A DNA stretch of 64,000 nucleotides from an uncultured Candidatus Peribacteria bacterium (GCA_964514565.1 CAZERA010000001.1:62001-126000); one strand, 5' to 3'; positions 19,601 through 29,779 are shown, counted from the first letter of the stretch. Notes: a model not told the origin generated them from the letters alone. Translations and numbers: made by a program.

Positions 19601-22406
19601 CAATCAAATAACGGTTGTACCAAGTACTCCACTCAATGGAAACCAACGAATCACTGTTTATGCTATTGCCCAAGCTGACGGAAATGCTGCATCAGGTTCT
19701 TACACTAATACAGCATTAGCCTCTGCAGCTGGTACCAGCTGTACAACAACTGATAGATGTGAAGCATCAGCTACGGTTCAACTTACTATTCCAGCAACAG
19801 CATCACTCATCAAAACTATTGAGTCACCTGACACTAATAGTAACCGTGATAACGAGACCCTTAATGGTCCAACCGCTGCCACTACAGTTAACTATCAAAT
19901 CAAAACTGAGGTAACTGGTGTAACAAAAGACAATATTACTTCACTTATTATTAGTGATAACTTTCCTAGAGCTATCAGCTCTACTCAGAATGTGGATTAT
20001 AGTAGTAACGGTTGTCAGATCACCATGCAAAGAAATCTTGGCGCAGCTAGTACAGCTGTTCCATGTGATGGACTTGGATCTATCAACTCTACCAACCTGA
20101 ACGATCTAGCTATCTGGCATGGAGCCTCTATTGCTGGCACATTCCCAGAGTTCACAGAGAATGACAGATTCACCATTACAATTACCTATCGTGGCATAGT
20201 TCCGGCCAACCCCTTGCTAAGCAGTGATGCTACAGTGACTATTATTAATACAGCAAAATTTGTAGGTACAGGCTTCGCTACTCAAAGTGACTCAACCACA
20301 CTTACTATTACGCCTCCTACAACACAAGCACCAGTTCCACCTACTCTCCACAAACAAGTACGTGCATGTACAGGTACTACAGCAGATACATGTACTGGTG
20401 CCTTCAATGAAACTGGTATCAGTGGCGTTGCCCCTGGAAGCACAGTCGAATACCGTTTAGAAGCTACTTCAAATACTGGATCAACATTTGCATTCAAAGA
20501 TCCAGCACCTACAGGTATTACATTCGTCACCTCAGCAAATAGCTGTCTAGTGTATAGCGGCCTTGCTCAGCTCAGTACTAGTGCTGCTCGTCCTACTGGA
20601 GGTAGCCCATGTACATTCGACTCTACAAGTGGTGTACAACTCATCAATACTAATAACCAAGTTATTACTGCTAACCAATACGCATATGTTTATGCTTTGG
20701 CAACAGTAGCTAGCACAGCAACTGGTACCATTACCAATACAGCTTCACTGACTGGCAATGGTTGTACTACCGCATTAGCACAATGTAGCGACCCAGCCAC
20801 TGTGACTATCGCAGTAACTACTCCTGGTCAAGTTACTATCGACAAACAGGTAAATCCTACAGCAGTGACATCTAGTACTACTGCTACCCAAGATGTGACT
20901 TATACTATCGTTCTCAGCAAACCAAATACATTTGCGATCAACAATGCTACTTGGACTGATACATTCCCTACTACACCTGTAGCGCTCAGCAACTATACTT
21001 GTACTTCAGTGACAGTATTACCTGCTGGATCACAAACAATTGCTTGTCCTACTACTTTCCCACCAGCTGGTGGCACACTCTTTAGTGGCACAATCAATGC
21101 AGCCGTTACTAGTATCACTATGACCTACACAGCACGTGTACCAGTCAATGCAGCTACTACTACTGCCCAATCAGTCACCAACTCTACCACTATCGCCGGT
21201 ACTCGTAGTACTGATGCTGTAGCGTTGAGCCAAACTGATACTGCAGTACTCACAGTCAATCCAAATACTGGTTCAAACGGTGGCAATACCAATGTCCCAG
21301 TAGTAAGCCTCAGTAAACGTGCTGACAACAACGTCACTTCTAGTGACCGTGCACTCGAGAAAATCTACAAACCAGGTGATACAGTCAACTATACTTTGTC
21401 ATTGCTCAATAGCGGTGCCGTAGCAGCTACTGGTGTCACTCTCCAAGATGTATTCCATAGCATGCTCAAGAGTATGACTATCAATGCACTCCCTACTGGT
21501 GCTACTCAATCACTGACAAGCACTATGTTCAACTTCGGTAATATCAATGTTCCTACAGGTACCACTCCTACTACAGTGACTTACCATGGCACTATTGCTG
21601 ACAAATCAAGCTTTGACCTCGATCTCTTTGATCTCAAAGAAAACAGCAATCCTGCTCGTGATGATGACTTCTATGCTTCAAAAGACTCTGATATCGAAGA
21701 TGATATCGGCAACTCAAATAACAGCCATAAACGTGCCGAAGATATCTTGGGTGCACCAGATGATCGCTTTGTCTCACTTGGCTCTGATGGTGAAATGACT
21801 ATCAACCTGGGTACCAAAGTAATCGTCAACGGTAGTGGTGATGACTTTGCTCTCCGTACTATCAACAACTCAGTCGATGATACAGATCAAAGTGGTGAAG
21901 ACTTGAAAGTGTCAGTCTCTCAAGACGGTACTACATTCAAGACTATCAACCCTCGCTCTACTGATGAGTATCGTTATGACTTGAGCAAAGCAAAAATGTC
22001 ATGGATCCGTTATATCCGTCTCACAGATGAGTCATCAAGTGTGAAAGCAAAAGCACCTGGTGTAGATATCGATGCAATCTGTTTACTCAACATCGGTGTG
22101 CAGTTACCAAACCGAGTCAATATGACCATCGGCACTCAATCTGCCTTTGCTACTGAGTATGTCACAGTCGATGTTACCAAGGTGTTTAGCAAGAAACCTA
22201 GCATCGACAACTGTTCAGAACCAGCTCCAACTCCAGTCATCCAACAAGAACTCCCACCTCCTCCACCAGCACCATTACCTCCAGCTCCAGTCTATGTTCC
22301 TGCTCCTACACCTCCAGCTCTTCCTAAAACAGGTGCAGAACCTCTAGTCTTGATCTCAGTAGTTTCTAGCTTGGCTTGGGTGTTTACTACTCGCAAGAAG
22401 AAATAG
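16674..22406 (+). CDS. Giant surface protein: beta-helix region, multiple DUF11-like Ig repeats, Pro-rich spacer, LPKTG sorting signal
   Basis: Repeats such as LTKTV..PGEYVEFRI..ITDQLP..YTNTA; ends LPKTGAEPLVLISVVSSLAWVFTTRKKK. Confidence 0.8.
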   Translation: MSFLSRLSSLFALKQKTAVKLIALMSVIAFVANLTPELYRDVPSQADEGSGDVTAAAPPTPPTNNYILVDTLGNGNLATAATSCIVRLANAAYPTTTVTTGCHLDQAIKVVNDTPGTDTFTIAFHPLSFNPAPFHLDLTSLLPNIDRASGGPVILDGAMGGSNVMTLNDNTAGNNHLSHFFRISKSDTPQTVTIQNFAFSSLVMPGAAAITSDILSTTTHVDPADINSLNINHNYFGTRDGLTLVGSQAIWQAVKVYVPAGIVSNISITNNDIFNSVAGIEVGSSSDFNDKSCIGQASGLYNISDNIIGLNKNKAITDRNYSGPNIQGAWSLFGVKVCNLNRAEIKRNTIANSLGLLPLPDVGIDIQQSVHLVQDNDIGVVKNSDGTYATNFDWGIVGYGIRVIKNDEKSFIVNNNIANIFTILAPSAVNLYCTNIFQSIYDPTQADTNACGGTGINLYWVKNESIYNNTIGNEITPNLGYGIEILGGMGQNSSSSTVGGGANIEYQPSSSNEIFKNTLKYNLADGIQVRSISNLDPDNLAPTNQTCTTSQTSLDPLNPTTEVTTNNCENTLIQNSLVRNGPYNGANFCIESQCTGSPEGGIGIDLKRHNDATEQKYLTITAPYTGSGTTNDSDITENDTNDTDLGGNDVLNTPVLYGSGADESSMSTARTIRGNLSQSQNGRYWVEAFAVNCPAEFNSTTPTIAWANSATNCDTDSPSLDDQTDHKTFGQGFKFLCGAYVNKTTSPANWSCDPSDFGNTFAGGLVTSTVSSLTAPISSTGISSTASDPPPNTQPDTSVVLVTPTAPSVLIGFPGLTPLNAPRFSCEAITTYISRTSSTSGCVGQLDRFSPTTTDVILGTMLEQLTNTSEFSRNAFVPAADLGLTKTVRTCTGPLPADCAGETFSSSVSTEPGEYVEFRIEGLNNSEAPASSVNITDQLPSEFSWTSGTCNYFTNLSTAPTDRPSTGSLNCTSANDNQITVVPSTPLNGNQRITVYAIAQADGNAASGSYTNTALASAAGTSCTTTDRCEASATVQLTIPATASLIKTIESPDTNSNRDNETLNGPTAATTVNYQIKTEVTGVTKDNITSLIISDNFPRAISSTQNVDYSSNGCQITMQRNLGAASTAVPCDGLGSINSTNLNDLAIWHGASIAGTFPEFTENDRFTITITYRGIVPANPLLSSDATVTIINTAKFVGTGFATQSDSTTLTITPPTTQAPVPPTLHKQVRACTGTTADTCTGAFNETGISGVAPGSTVEYRLEATSNTGSTFAFKDPAPTGITFVTSANSCLVYSGLAQLSTSAARPTGGSPCTFDSTSGVQLINTNNQVITANQYAYVYALATVASTATGTITNTASLTGNGCTTALAQCSDPATVTIAVTTPGQVTIDKQVNPTAVTSSTTATQDVTYTIVLSKPNTFAINNATWTDTFPTTPVALSNYTCTSVTVLPAGSQTIACPTTFPPAGGTLFSGTINAAVTSITMTYTARVPVNAATTTAQSVTNSTTIAGTRSTDAVALSQTDTAVLTVNPNTGSNGGNTNVPVVSLSKRADNNVTSSDRALEKIYKPGDTVNYTLSLLNSGAVAATGVTLQDVFHSMLKSMTINALPTGATQSLTSTMFNFGNINVPTGTTPTTVTYHGTIADKSSFDLDLFDLKENSNPARDDDFYASKDSDIEDDIGNSNNSHKRAEDILGAPDDRFVSLGSDGEMTINLGTKVIVNGSGDDFALRTINNSVDDTDQSGEDLKVSVSQDGTTFKTINPRSTDEYRYDLSKAKMSWIRYIRLTDESSSVKAKAPGVDIDAICLLNIGVQLPNRVNMTIGTQSAFATEYVTVDVTKVFSKKPSIDNCSEPAPTPVIQQELPPPPPAPLPPAPVYVPAPTPPALPKTGAEPLVLISVVSSLAWVFTTRKKK

Positions 22407-22421
22407 TTTAACGCTTCGCGT

Positions 22422-22481
22422 AGATAAGAAGTAAAAGGGAAGAGGTAAGAGTTAATCACTTATACCATTCCCTTTTCTTCA
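22422..22481. repeat. Short, degenerate heptamer-arm hairpin
   Basis: AGATAAGAAGTAAAAGGGAAGAGGTAAGAG followed by the partly complementary CTTATACCATTCCCTTTTCTTC. Confidence 0.7.
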
Positions 22482-22554
22482 TTCACATATAGTCATTAAC
22501 GTTTACATTCTCCAGTTCTGATAGTTGTTCGTTCTCCAATACCAAAAGGCATTC

Positions 22555-25500
22555 ATGAACTTTCTCAAAAAACATCACATCACCAGCTTCCTGATTATTA
22601 CCACGCTGATTAGTGGATGTTTTTTTCGACTTACACCTGAAGCGTTCGCTGATAACTATGCTATAGTTATAGATAGCACCGATCACCATGATGAAGTACC
22701 TTGTGCCAATGCTGGCATGGCCAACAATGACTGTTCTTTCCGCGATGCCTTCATGGGTAGTGCCGGTGCTATCAGTTTCAGCTTAGCCCACCAAGGTAAC
22801 AGCAATCGCAATTTTAAAATATCTATAGCTGACGACCTCAATACAATCGGATTATTCAATACTATTCCTATTCAGTTTTCTGCCGATTGTAACAACTGTA
22901 CGATTGAGCTCGATGGTCGAAAGTCTAATGGCACCAAAACAAAAATTGTACCTAGCACCACCACACCACCAGCTTCTGCTTTTTTGATTGGTGAGGATAT
23001 TGGTAACATCACTATCAAGAACTTTGATTTTCAAGGTTTCTCCGCTCCAGCTGTCTTGCTCCAAAGTATTCACAATACCCAAGTAACATTGAGTGACAAT
23101 AGCTTTGGTCAGATAGATCCTGGCACACAACCAAACAATACAGCTATTCAACTCGCCGATGCTGATCATGTAATAATAACTAACAATACTTTCGGCCGCC
23201 AAACCGATAATGGTATTGCGATTAAAGGCAGTAGCAGTGAAAACTCAATCGAATCAAACTTGTTTGGTATTGGTAGTGCTACTGATTTACTAGCTAATTT
23301 ACCAAGTATCGGTAATGATGCCATTAATATTAGTGAGGAAAGTCGCAACACAAGTATCGTAAGTAACATCATTGCCAATGCGGGGCGAAACGGAATAAGT
23401 ATCATTGGTGGTACTGGCCACGAAATCGGCCTCAACAACCGCTTCTTCAACAACAGCGGTTTAGCAGTAGCAATAGCTAGTCGTGGCAACAACCAAGAAT
23501 CAAAAGCAGTGCTCACTAGTGCTTATCGATCAGGTAGTGCAGTCAAAATCGCCGGGACAGCCGATAGCCAAAGTCAGCTGCTAGTCTACAAGGCAAATAA
23601 CGCAAGCAATCCCGCTATTACGCCGGATACGCAAGGCGGCGAAGGATTCAGAATGCTGCAAAGTTTAGTAGTTGATAGCAACAGCGATGAAGACCCGACA
23701 GTCGGTCGATTTCTCTTCACACTGACTGATCCTGACTTGATCCTAGGAGATACTTTGTCAGCAGTCAAAAGCTTGAACCATAGTTCTTCTGCATTTTCCA
23801 ACAACATAGTCATTGCTGATAAACAATCTCCATCAATTACTGCCACTAGTTCACCAGCCTCACCTCAGCCTGGTACCTTGGTAAATCTCAGCAGCACCAC
23901 CGTTGATAGTGACAGTAGTAGCAATCAATTAAATTATGTCTGGACCCAAACAGCTGGTCCTACAGTGACACTAAGCAGCCCAAATACAGCCGATACTACG
24001 TTTACTGTTCCTGCAGTTACTAGTGCTACTGCGCTTACTTTCACAGTACGAGTGACAGACGAAACAGGATTAAGTGACATCGCCACGACTACTGTAAATG
24101 CGCAACAAGCGGAGGTCATCAATCGGGCACCAATAGCAAATGCAGGGGTAGATCAAACAGTATCTAGTAGTAGTCAAACCCAACTCAATGGATCTACTTC
24201 CAGTGACCCAGACGGTGATGTACTCACCTATCGTTGGACGCAAGCTACTAGTGACAGTTATCATGTGACCTTAAATAGCACAACAAGCAGCAGGCCTCAG
24301 TTTATTAGCCCAGCTATTAGCGAGCTACAAGCAGATCTCCATTTTACTTTGCAAGTTACCGACACCCATGGAGCACAAAGCAGTGATGATGTGATCATTC
24401 ATATCACTCGTACCAAGACAGCTCCTGTAGCCATACTGAGCGTTCGCTCCGGTACTACATTTTCTGCTGGTACAGAAATAACACTTGATGGCAGCAGCAG
24501 CACTTTTGACAGCACTACCTCAGTTCGCCAATTTCGCTTTAGACATATTCCTAGTAACAGCAGTGACCTACCGCTCACTATCAACCAAACAAGTAGCTCA
24601 GCAAGTTTAGCTAGAGTTACTTTACCAAGCACCATTAGTGCTACCAGAGATTATCGATTTGAATTGATTGTAAATGATGGTACAGCAGATAGTGCAGCCG
24701 ATACCGTAGTAGTCCAATCCGTTGTCACCCAACCAACCAGTACACCAACAGCTACTCCGACAGCGACACCCACTAGTACTACTGCTCCAGCTCCTACTTG
24801 TTCTACTGACTTACCTCTAGCAGTAGCCGGATCCAATATCACTACAGCAAATACACCAGGGAAAATCATCACTTTGAATGGTAGCCTTAGCACTGATCCG
24901 CATGGCTTACCACTTACATACTACTGGCGCCAATTAGCCGGTGGCCCACGGGTAGACTTGCGTAATGATCAAAGTCCTACGCCAAACTTTACTATCCCCA
25001 CCTTTACAGATGATAGCCTTACGATCAGTTTTCAATTAACAGTCACCAATAGCTGTAACAAATCCAATACAAACACGGTCCAAGTAATCATGGGCAATGG
25101 CGATAGCGACAATGACGGTTTGGACAATGCGACTGAAGATAGACTAGGAACAAATCCCAACTTAGCCGACACCGACAATGATGGATTGGCAGATGGCTTA
25201 GAAGTAAAAATAGGCTGTACTAGTCCAACCAATCCTGACTCAGACAACGATGGTATTCGTGACGGTATTGAAGATAGCAATCACAATGGGATTACCGATG
25301 GCGGTGAAACCAATCCTTGTTTAGCAGATACTGATCACGATGGCATGCCGGATGGTTTTGAGACCACTTACCAGCTCAATCCACTCGATCCTAGAGATGC
25401 CAATGAAGACAGCGATCGGGATGGACTGACCAATCTAGAAGAATTTGTCTACAAAACTAATCCTCGTGATGCCGATACTGATCATGACGGTCTATCAGAC

Positions 25501-26217
25501 GGAGTAGAAATAAAAACAGCTCACACCGATGCCAGTAAAGACGATACAGATGGAGATGGTATTTTAGATGGCAACGAAGATACCAACCATAGTGGTTTAG
25601 TAGATCCAGGTGAAACTGATCCAAACCGTTATGATACAGATGGTGACGGATTATCAGATGGGCTAGAAATTGGTTTAAGAAAACCGCAAGGCAAAAATAC
25701 TGACTTGAAAAAGTTCCAACCAGATCTTGATGCTTTAAGCAAAACCAATCCTCTCACAGCCGACACCGATGGCGACAAGATTATCGATGGCAATGAAGAT
25801 ACCAATCACAATGGTAGCTTTGATTGTGGTGAAACCAATCCATTGGATCCAACCAACAAAGTCAATCTCTGTAAAGCAGTAGTACCAGCAACACCAGTAG
25901 CAACAAAACAGCCTAGAGTTTCCGGCATTAGCATTAGCGTCAATGGTGCGAATACTACAAAACAGCCAGTCACTACCAAACAGGGCGGTATTGTTAATCT
26001 AGTAGGACCAAAGGTTACTAGTACGCCGACTACAACAAAATCACCTTTTTCGATTACAGTCAGTAGAGGATCTGGCAAACAAACTAGAATTGAAATGCCT
26101 ACAGCAGCCAGTCTATCCAGTATTTCAGTAATTCCAAGCATTCTACTACCAACTACCGGTCCAGCGCTTTCTTCTATCTTAGTTTATGCTCCGCTCTTCG
26201 CTCCAAAAGGTAAATAA
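22555..26217 (+). CDS. Large secreted protein: beta-helix, PKD-like repeats, Ca-binding thrombospondin type 3-like repeats, LPTTG motif
   Basis: NRAPIANAGVDQ..LNGSTSSDPDGDVLTYRWTQ; nine DxDxDG-type repeats at about 25102-25850; LPTTG at 26146-26160. Confidence 0.8.
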   Translation: MNFLKKHHITSFLIITTLISGCFFRLTPEAFADNYAIVIDSTDHHDEVPCANAGMANNDCSFRDAFMGSAGAISFSLAHQGNSNRNFKISIADDLNTIGLFNTIPIQFSADCNNCTIELDGRKSNGTKTKIVPSTTTPPASAFLIGEDIGNITIKNFDFQGFSAPAVLLQSIHNTQVTLSDNSFGQIDPGTQPNNTAIQLADADHVIITNNTFGRQTDNGIAIKGSSSENSIESNLFGIGSATDLLANLPSIGNDAINISEESRNTSIVSNIIANAGRNGISIIGGTGHEIGLNNRFFNNSGLAVAIASRGNNQESKAVLTSAYRSGSAVKIAGTADSQSQLLVYKANNASNPAITPDTQGGEGFRMLQSLVVDSNSDEDPTVGRFLFTLTDPDLILGDTLSAVKSLNHSSSAFSNNIVIADKQSPSITATSSPASPQPGTLVNLSSTTVDSDSSSNQLNYVWTQTAGPTVTLSSPNTADTTFTVPAVTSATALTFTVRVTDETGLSDIATTTVNAQQAEVINRAPIANAGVDQTVSSSSQTQLNGSTSSDPDGDVLTYRWTQATSDSYHVTLNSTTSSRPQFISPAISELQADLHFTLQVTDTHGAQSSDDVIIHITRTKTAPVAILSVRSGTTFSAGTEITLDGSSSTFDSTTSVRQFRFRHIPSNSSDLPLTINQTSSSASLARVTLPSTISATRDYRFELIVNDGTADSAADTVVVQSVVTQPTSTPTATPTATPTSTTAPAPTCSTDLPLAVAGSNITTANTPGKIITLNGSLSTDPHGLPLTYYWRQLAGGPRVDLRNDQSPTPNFTIPTFTDDSLTISFQLTVTNSCNKSNTNTVQVIMGNGDSDNDGLDNATEDRLGTNPNLADTDNDGLADGLEVKIGCTSPTNPDSDNDGIRDGIEDSNHNGITDGGETNPCLADTDHDGMPDGFETTYQLNPLDPRDANEDSDRDGLTNLEEFVYKTNPRDADTDHDGLSDGVEIKTAHTDASKDDTDGDGILDGNEDTNHSGLVDPGETDPNRYDTDGDGLSDGLEIGLRKPQGKNTDLKKFQPDLDALSKTNPLTADTDGDKIIDGNEDTNHNGSFDCGETNPLDPTNKVNLCKAVVPATPVATKQPRVSGISISVNGANTTKQPVTTKQGGIVNLVGPKVTSTPTTTKSPFSITVSRGSGKQTRIEMPTAASLSSISVIPSILLPTTGPALSSILVYAPLFAPKGK

Positions 26218-27229
26218 CGGTAAAGAACACTAGAGCAAAGACACACATCACAATGATGGCAGCCAGTTTAGCGCGAGCTCCTTGGAGAATAAGAGCAGCC
26301 ATACCAAAGAGAGCAGCAATGCTATAAAGCAGCACACATATTTGCGGTACCGTTAAACCAAGATTGAGTAAACGATGATGGAGATGCTTCTTATCACCCT
26401 GAGTAGGCGACTTTTTATCGACCAAAATTCTTCTGCTTACTACCCAAACAGCATCCAGCAAAGGGATACCCAGGACCAAAAAGAAACTAGCTACTTTAGC
26501 ACTAGAAAATATCGCCAGGATCGCCAATGTAAAGCCCAAAAACGTCGAGCCACTATCACCCAAAAGAATCTTCGCGGGAAAGAAGTTGAAATAAAGAAAT
26601 ACTAAAAGTAGCACAGCAAGTAAAAAAGCTGATTGAGCAATGGTTGGCTGATTCACAAAAGACAAAAGACTTAGAGCTGCCAATGTCAGACTAGAAACCA
26701 AACTAATACCACTGGCTAGACCATCCATCCCATCTAGCCAATTCATCATATTCACAAACAGCAGTATCCAAAAAATAGTCAAAGCTTGAGCAATCCAAGG
26801 ATTATTAGCTAGGAAAAACCATGCTTCATTGGTAAAAGGATTGGTAAGAATAGAAATTTGAATACCAAAGTGAACGATAATTAAGCAAGCCACTACTTCT
26901 ACCGCCAATCTAAGCCACCAGGTCAGTTTATACTTATCATCAATAAAATTAACCCCAACAATCAATATTCCCCCGATCAAAAAGCCCCAAAGATGTTGAT
27001 CCCAAGGTAAAATCAGTAGAAGTGAAACAAAAAATAAAGCAGCCAAAATTGCTCCGCCCGCCCGAGCTCTTGGTACAGTATGCGTACTATGTTTTTCTGT
27101 GCGGTCTTTCCATCCCCACTTTGGGAAAACCACTACCGCTTTTCTCAATAAAACAAAAGCAATCAGCCCCACCAAAAGAGCATAGAGACAAAACCACAAT
27201 GGAAAAGCATTGAGCAATATATCAATCAT
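26174..27229 (-). CDS. MraY/WecA/TagO-family undecaprenyl-phosphate GlcNAc-1-P transferase
   Basis: IDD, NMMNWLDGMDGLA, FNFFPAKILLGDSG, HLHHRL. ATGA overlap with the upstream gene. Confidence 0.92.
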   Translation of the reverse strand: MIDILLNAFPLWFCLYALLVGLIAFVLLRKAVVVFPKWGWKDRTEKHSTHTVPRARAGGAILAALFFVSLLLILPWDQHLWGFLIGGILIVGVNFIDDKYKLTWWLRLAVEVVACLIIVHFGIQISILTNPFTNEAWFFLANNPWIAQALTIFWILLFVNMMNWLDGMDGLASGISLVSSLTLAALSLLSFVNQPTIAQSAFLLAVLLLVFLYFNFFPAKILLGDSGSTFLGFTLAILAIFSSAKVASFFLVLGIPLLDAVWVVSRRILVDKKSPTQGDKKHLHHRLLNLGLTVPQICVLLYSIAALFGMAALILQGARAKLAAIIVMCVFALVFFTVIYLLERRAEHKLR

Positions 27230-28629
27230 GCTGCGCCTTTTCTGTTGATCACCACCCAAATCGTACGAAGCAAAATTTGAATATCTAGTAAAAATGCCCA
27301 GTTTTGGATGTAATAGCTTTCTAGTCTCACCTCTTCGTCAAATGACAAGTCAGAAGCACCACTTACTTGAGCCATGCCCGTCATACCTGGCTTAGCTCGA
27401 AGAAGACGTAATTGTTTAGTGCTGTATTTGGCCACTTCTTCCGGTTCATGAGCACGAGGTCCAACCAAAGTCATTTGGCCTTTGAGTACATTCCAAAGCT
27501 GAGGCAGTTCATCCAAACGAAATTTTCTTAGTACTTTTCCAATTGGAGTGACCCGAGGATCATCTTTCATTTTGAAAAGAGGACCTCCTTTTCTTTCATT
27601 CTGAGCCATCAAATCTTTTTTCATCTTGTGTGCTCCCACAATCATCGAACGAAACTTGTACATGGTAAAAGTAGTCTTAAACTCTTTATTACCCACACGT
27701 TTGAGACCAACGAAGACAGGACCTGGAGCTAAAATCTTAATTAAGATCGCAATCAGCAAAAATACTGGAGAAAGAATAATCATTACTACCAAGCTGACGA
27801 CAATATCCAAAACACGCTTCAATATTCGTCCCCATCCCTTTAGTGGAGTAGCCACTACTTCAATCAATGGGTAGTCCCCGACATAGAGAGCATCCACATT
27901 CTTAGCACTACTGGCAAAAACATTAGGTACATAGCGATACAAAATCCGATGATCAGCACAGAAATCAAACAAATCCTCTTGTTTGATTTGATTGAGTCGA
28001 TCAGTAGCGACCCAAACTTCATCCAGGGCAAGATCATTACTGCGATCAGATTGAAATTGGCTAAATAGTTCAGCTAGATTCTCAAGCTCGATTTGTTCAT
28101 CAGGCAGCATTGCTTTGAGATGATAGCCAGGCAGATCATGGAGAGCATGTGCTAAGTACTGAGCTTGTTCTCCACTACCGACCACCAATACTTCCTTGAC
28201 GGCTACACCCATTTTGTAAATCAATCGACGCAACACCCGAATAATCAGACGGAAGATAAAAGCCAAAACAAAAAATAAACTAAACGCCACAATCAACAAC
28301 AAACGTGAAAAGTAAAACTGTTGTTCCAAGAAAAGAATAGCCAACACCATGCCTGACCAAAGTAGAGTGGCATAAAACAATAAGCTCAAGTCACGCAAAA
28401 AGCTTCTTCTTTTGAAAGCATAAAGACCGAGCGAAAAGAACACAATCAACTGCACCAGCAGGATTACACCAAAGAAAGGCAAATAACTACTAAGCGCTGG
28501 CACATATTCTTTACCACCAATATGACCATTGACCTTCAAAACAAAAGCACTAAAAAAAGCAAAGATTGAAGCTCCAATATCTAATCCAATCTGTAACAAG
28601 ATAAACCATTCAGATAGCTTTGCTTTCAT
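27226..28629 (-). CDS. Polyprenyl glycosylphosphotransferase (WbaP/WcaJ-like sugar transferase)
   Basis: KRVLDI, KFRSM, DPRVT, RLDELPQLWNVLKGQMTLVGPR, KPGMTGMAQV. Confidence 0.93.
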   Translation of the reverse strand: MKAKLSEWFILLQIGLDIGASIFAFFSAFVLKVNGHIGGKEYVPALSSYLPFFGVILLVQLIVFFSLGLYAFKRRSFLRDLSLLFYATLLWSGMVLAILFLEQQFYFSRLLLIVAFSLFFVLAFIFRLIIRVLRRLIYKMGVAVKEVLVVGSGEQAQYLAHALHDLPGYHLKAMLPDEQIELENLAELFSQFQSDRSNDLALDEVWVATDRLNQIKQEDLFDFCADHRILYRYVPNVFASSAKNVDALYVGDYPLIEVVATPLKGWGRILKRVLDIVVSLVVMIILSPVFLLIAILIKILAPGPVFVGLKRVGNKEFKTTFTMYKFRSMIVGAHKMKKDLMAQNERKGGPLFKMKDDPRVTPIGKVLRKFRLDELPQLWNVLKGQMTLVGPRAHEPEEVAKYSTKQLRLLRAKPGMTGMAQVSGASDLSFDEEVRLESYYIQNWAFLLDIQILLRTIWVVINRKGAA

Positions 28630-28640
28630 GAAAGAGTTTT

Positions 28641-29738
28641 TTAAACTTTACGAGGCATGATGATATTGATGTAGCTTTCATCCTTGCCACGAAGGAGACC
28701 TGGACTACTATCACTATTGATATTGAGTTGAATCTTGTCTTCAGGAATATGTTCTAGAGCAGCCAACAAAAAGTGGGCACTAAAAGTGATTTTCTTTTCT
28801 TCACCAGTCATTTCACCCAATAATACTGAGCGATCTTTACCAATCTCCTGGGTCTCACCAGACAAAATCAATTCGCCATCTTTGAGCTCAATATATAAGT
28901 TATGCGTACCACTTTGAGAAAAAAGACTAGTTCTCTTTACGGCACGGATGAAATCATCACGGAAGATTTCAATTGAAGCACTAAAGCTTGCCGGAATAAT
29001 CTTCTCATAAGGAGGAAAGTTGCCCTCGATCAAACGCGAAATGACAGTCACATCCCCCACTACAAATTTCACTTGATTCTCTCCTACCACAATTTGTACT
29101 GCTTCTTGACGCTTAGCAATAATTCTCTGTAATTCCAAAACAGTCTTACTAGGCACAATAATCTTCATCTCATCTTTGTGATCGAGAGCGAGTGGAATAG
29201 TCATTTCAGCCAATCGATAGCTGTCAGTAGCGACCAATTTGAGAACATTATCTTTGTAATACATCAGCACACCAGCTAGTACCGGACGAGTTTCGTCACT
29301 AGCGGCAGCAAAAACAGTTTTTTCTAAACCTTTGGCAATATTGTCATAAGGCAATGTAAATTGAATTTTTTCTTCTACTTGAGGAATCAGTGGGAATTCT
29401 TGCGCATCAATTCCTTTGAATGTTGTGAGATCCTTACCACTTTTTACTTGGAGTGTACTAAGATCTTGTAATTCAATTTCAATATTTTCAGTAAGTAGCA
29501 AATTACAGTAAGCACTAAATAACTTGGCTGGAACAGTGATGCTCCCTGGAGTATCAACGCTACAAGCAAAGCTAGTTACAATCGCTAATTCCAAATTAGT
29601 GGTTGCGAGCGTCACCATTCCTTCTTCAGCTTTTATTAATACATTTCCGAGTACAGGAAGGGTTGATCGGGTTGGGATAGCTCTGGTTACTAAATCCAAA
29701 GCTTGCGTAAGATTTTCTTTTGAGCAGACAAATTTCAT
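28641..29738 (-). CDS. dnaN: DNA polymerase III beta sliding clamp
   Basis: LPVLGNVLI, ATNLE, RPVLAGV, VATDSYRLA, SRLIEGNFPPY, IIMP. Confidence 0.98.
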   Translation of the reverse strand: MKFVCSKENLTQALDLVTRAIPTRSTLPVLGNVLIKAEEGMVTLATTNLELAIVTSFACSVDTPGSITVPAKLFSAYCNLLLTENIEIELQDLSTLQVKSGKDLTTFKGIDAQEFPLIPQVEEKIQFTLPYDNIAKGLEKTVFAAASDETRPVLAGVLMYYKDNVLKLVATDSYRLAEMTIPLALDHKDEMKIIVPSKTVLELQRIIAKRQEAVQIVVGENQVKFVVGDVTVISRLIEGNFPPYEKIIPASFSASIEIFRDDFIRAVKRTSLFSQSGTHNLYIELKDGELILSGETQEIGKDRSVLLGEMTGEEKKITFSAHFLLAALEHIPEDKIQLNINSDSSPGLLRGKDESYINIIMPRKV

Positions 29739-29779
29739 AAATCACTTTATTACCAAAGACAGAGTATCAAGTTTTTTCA

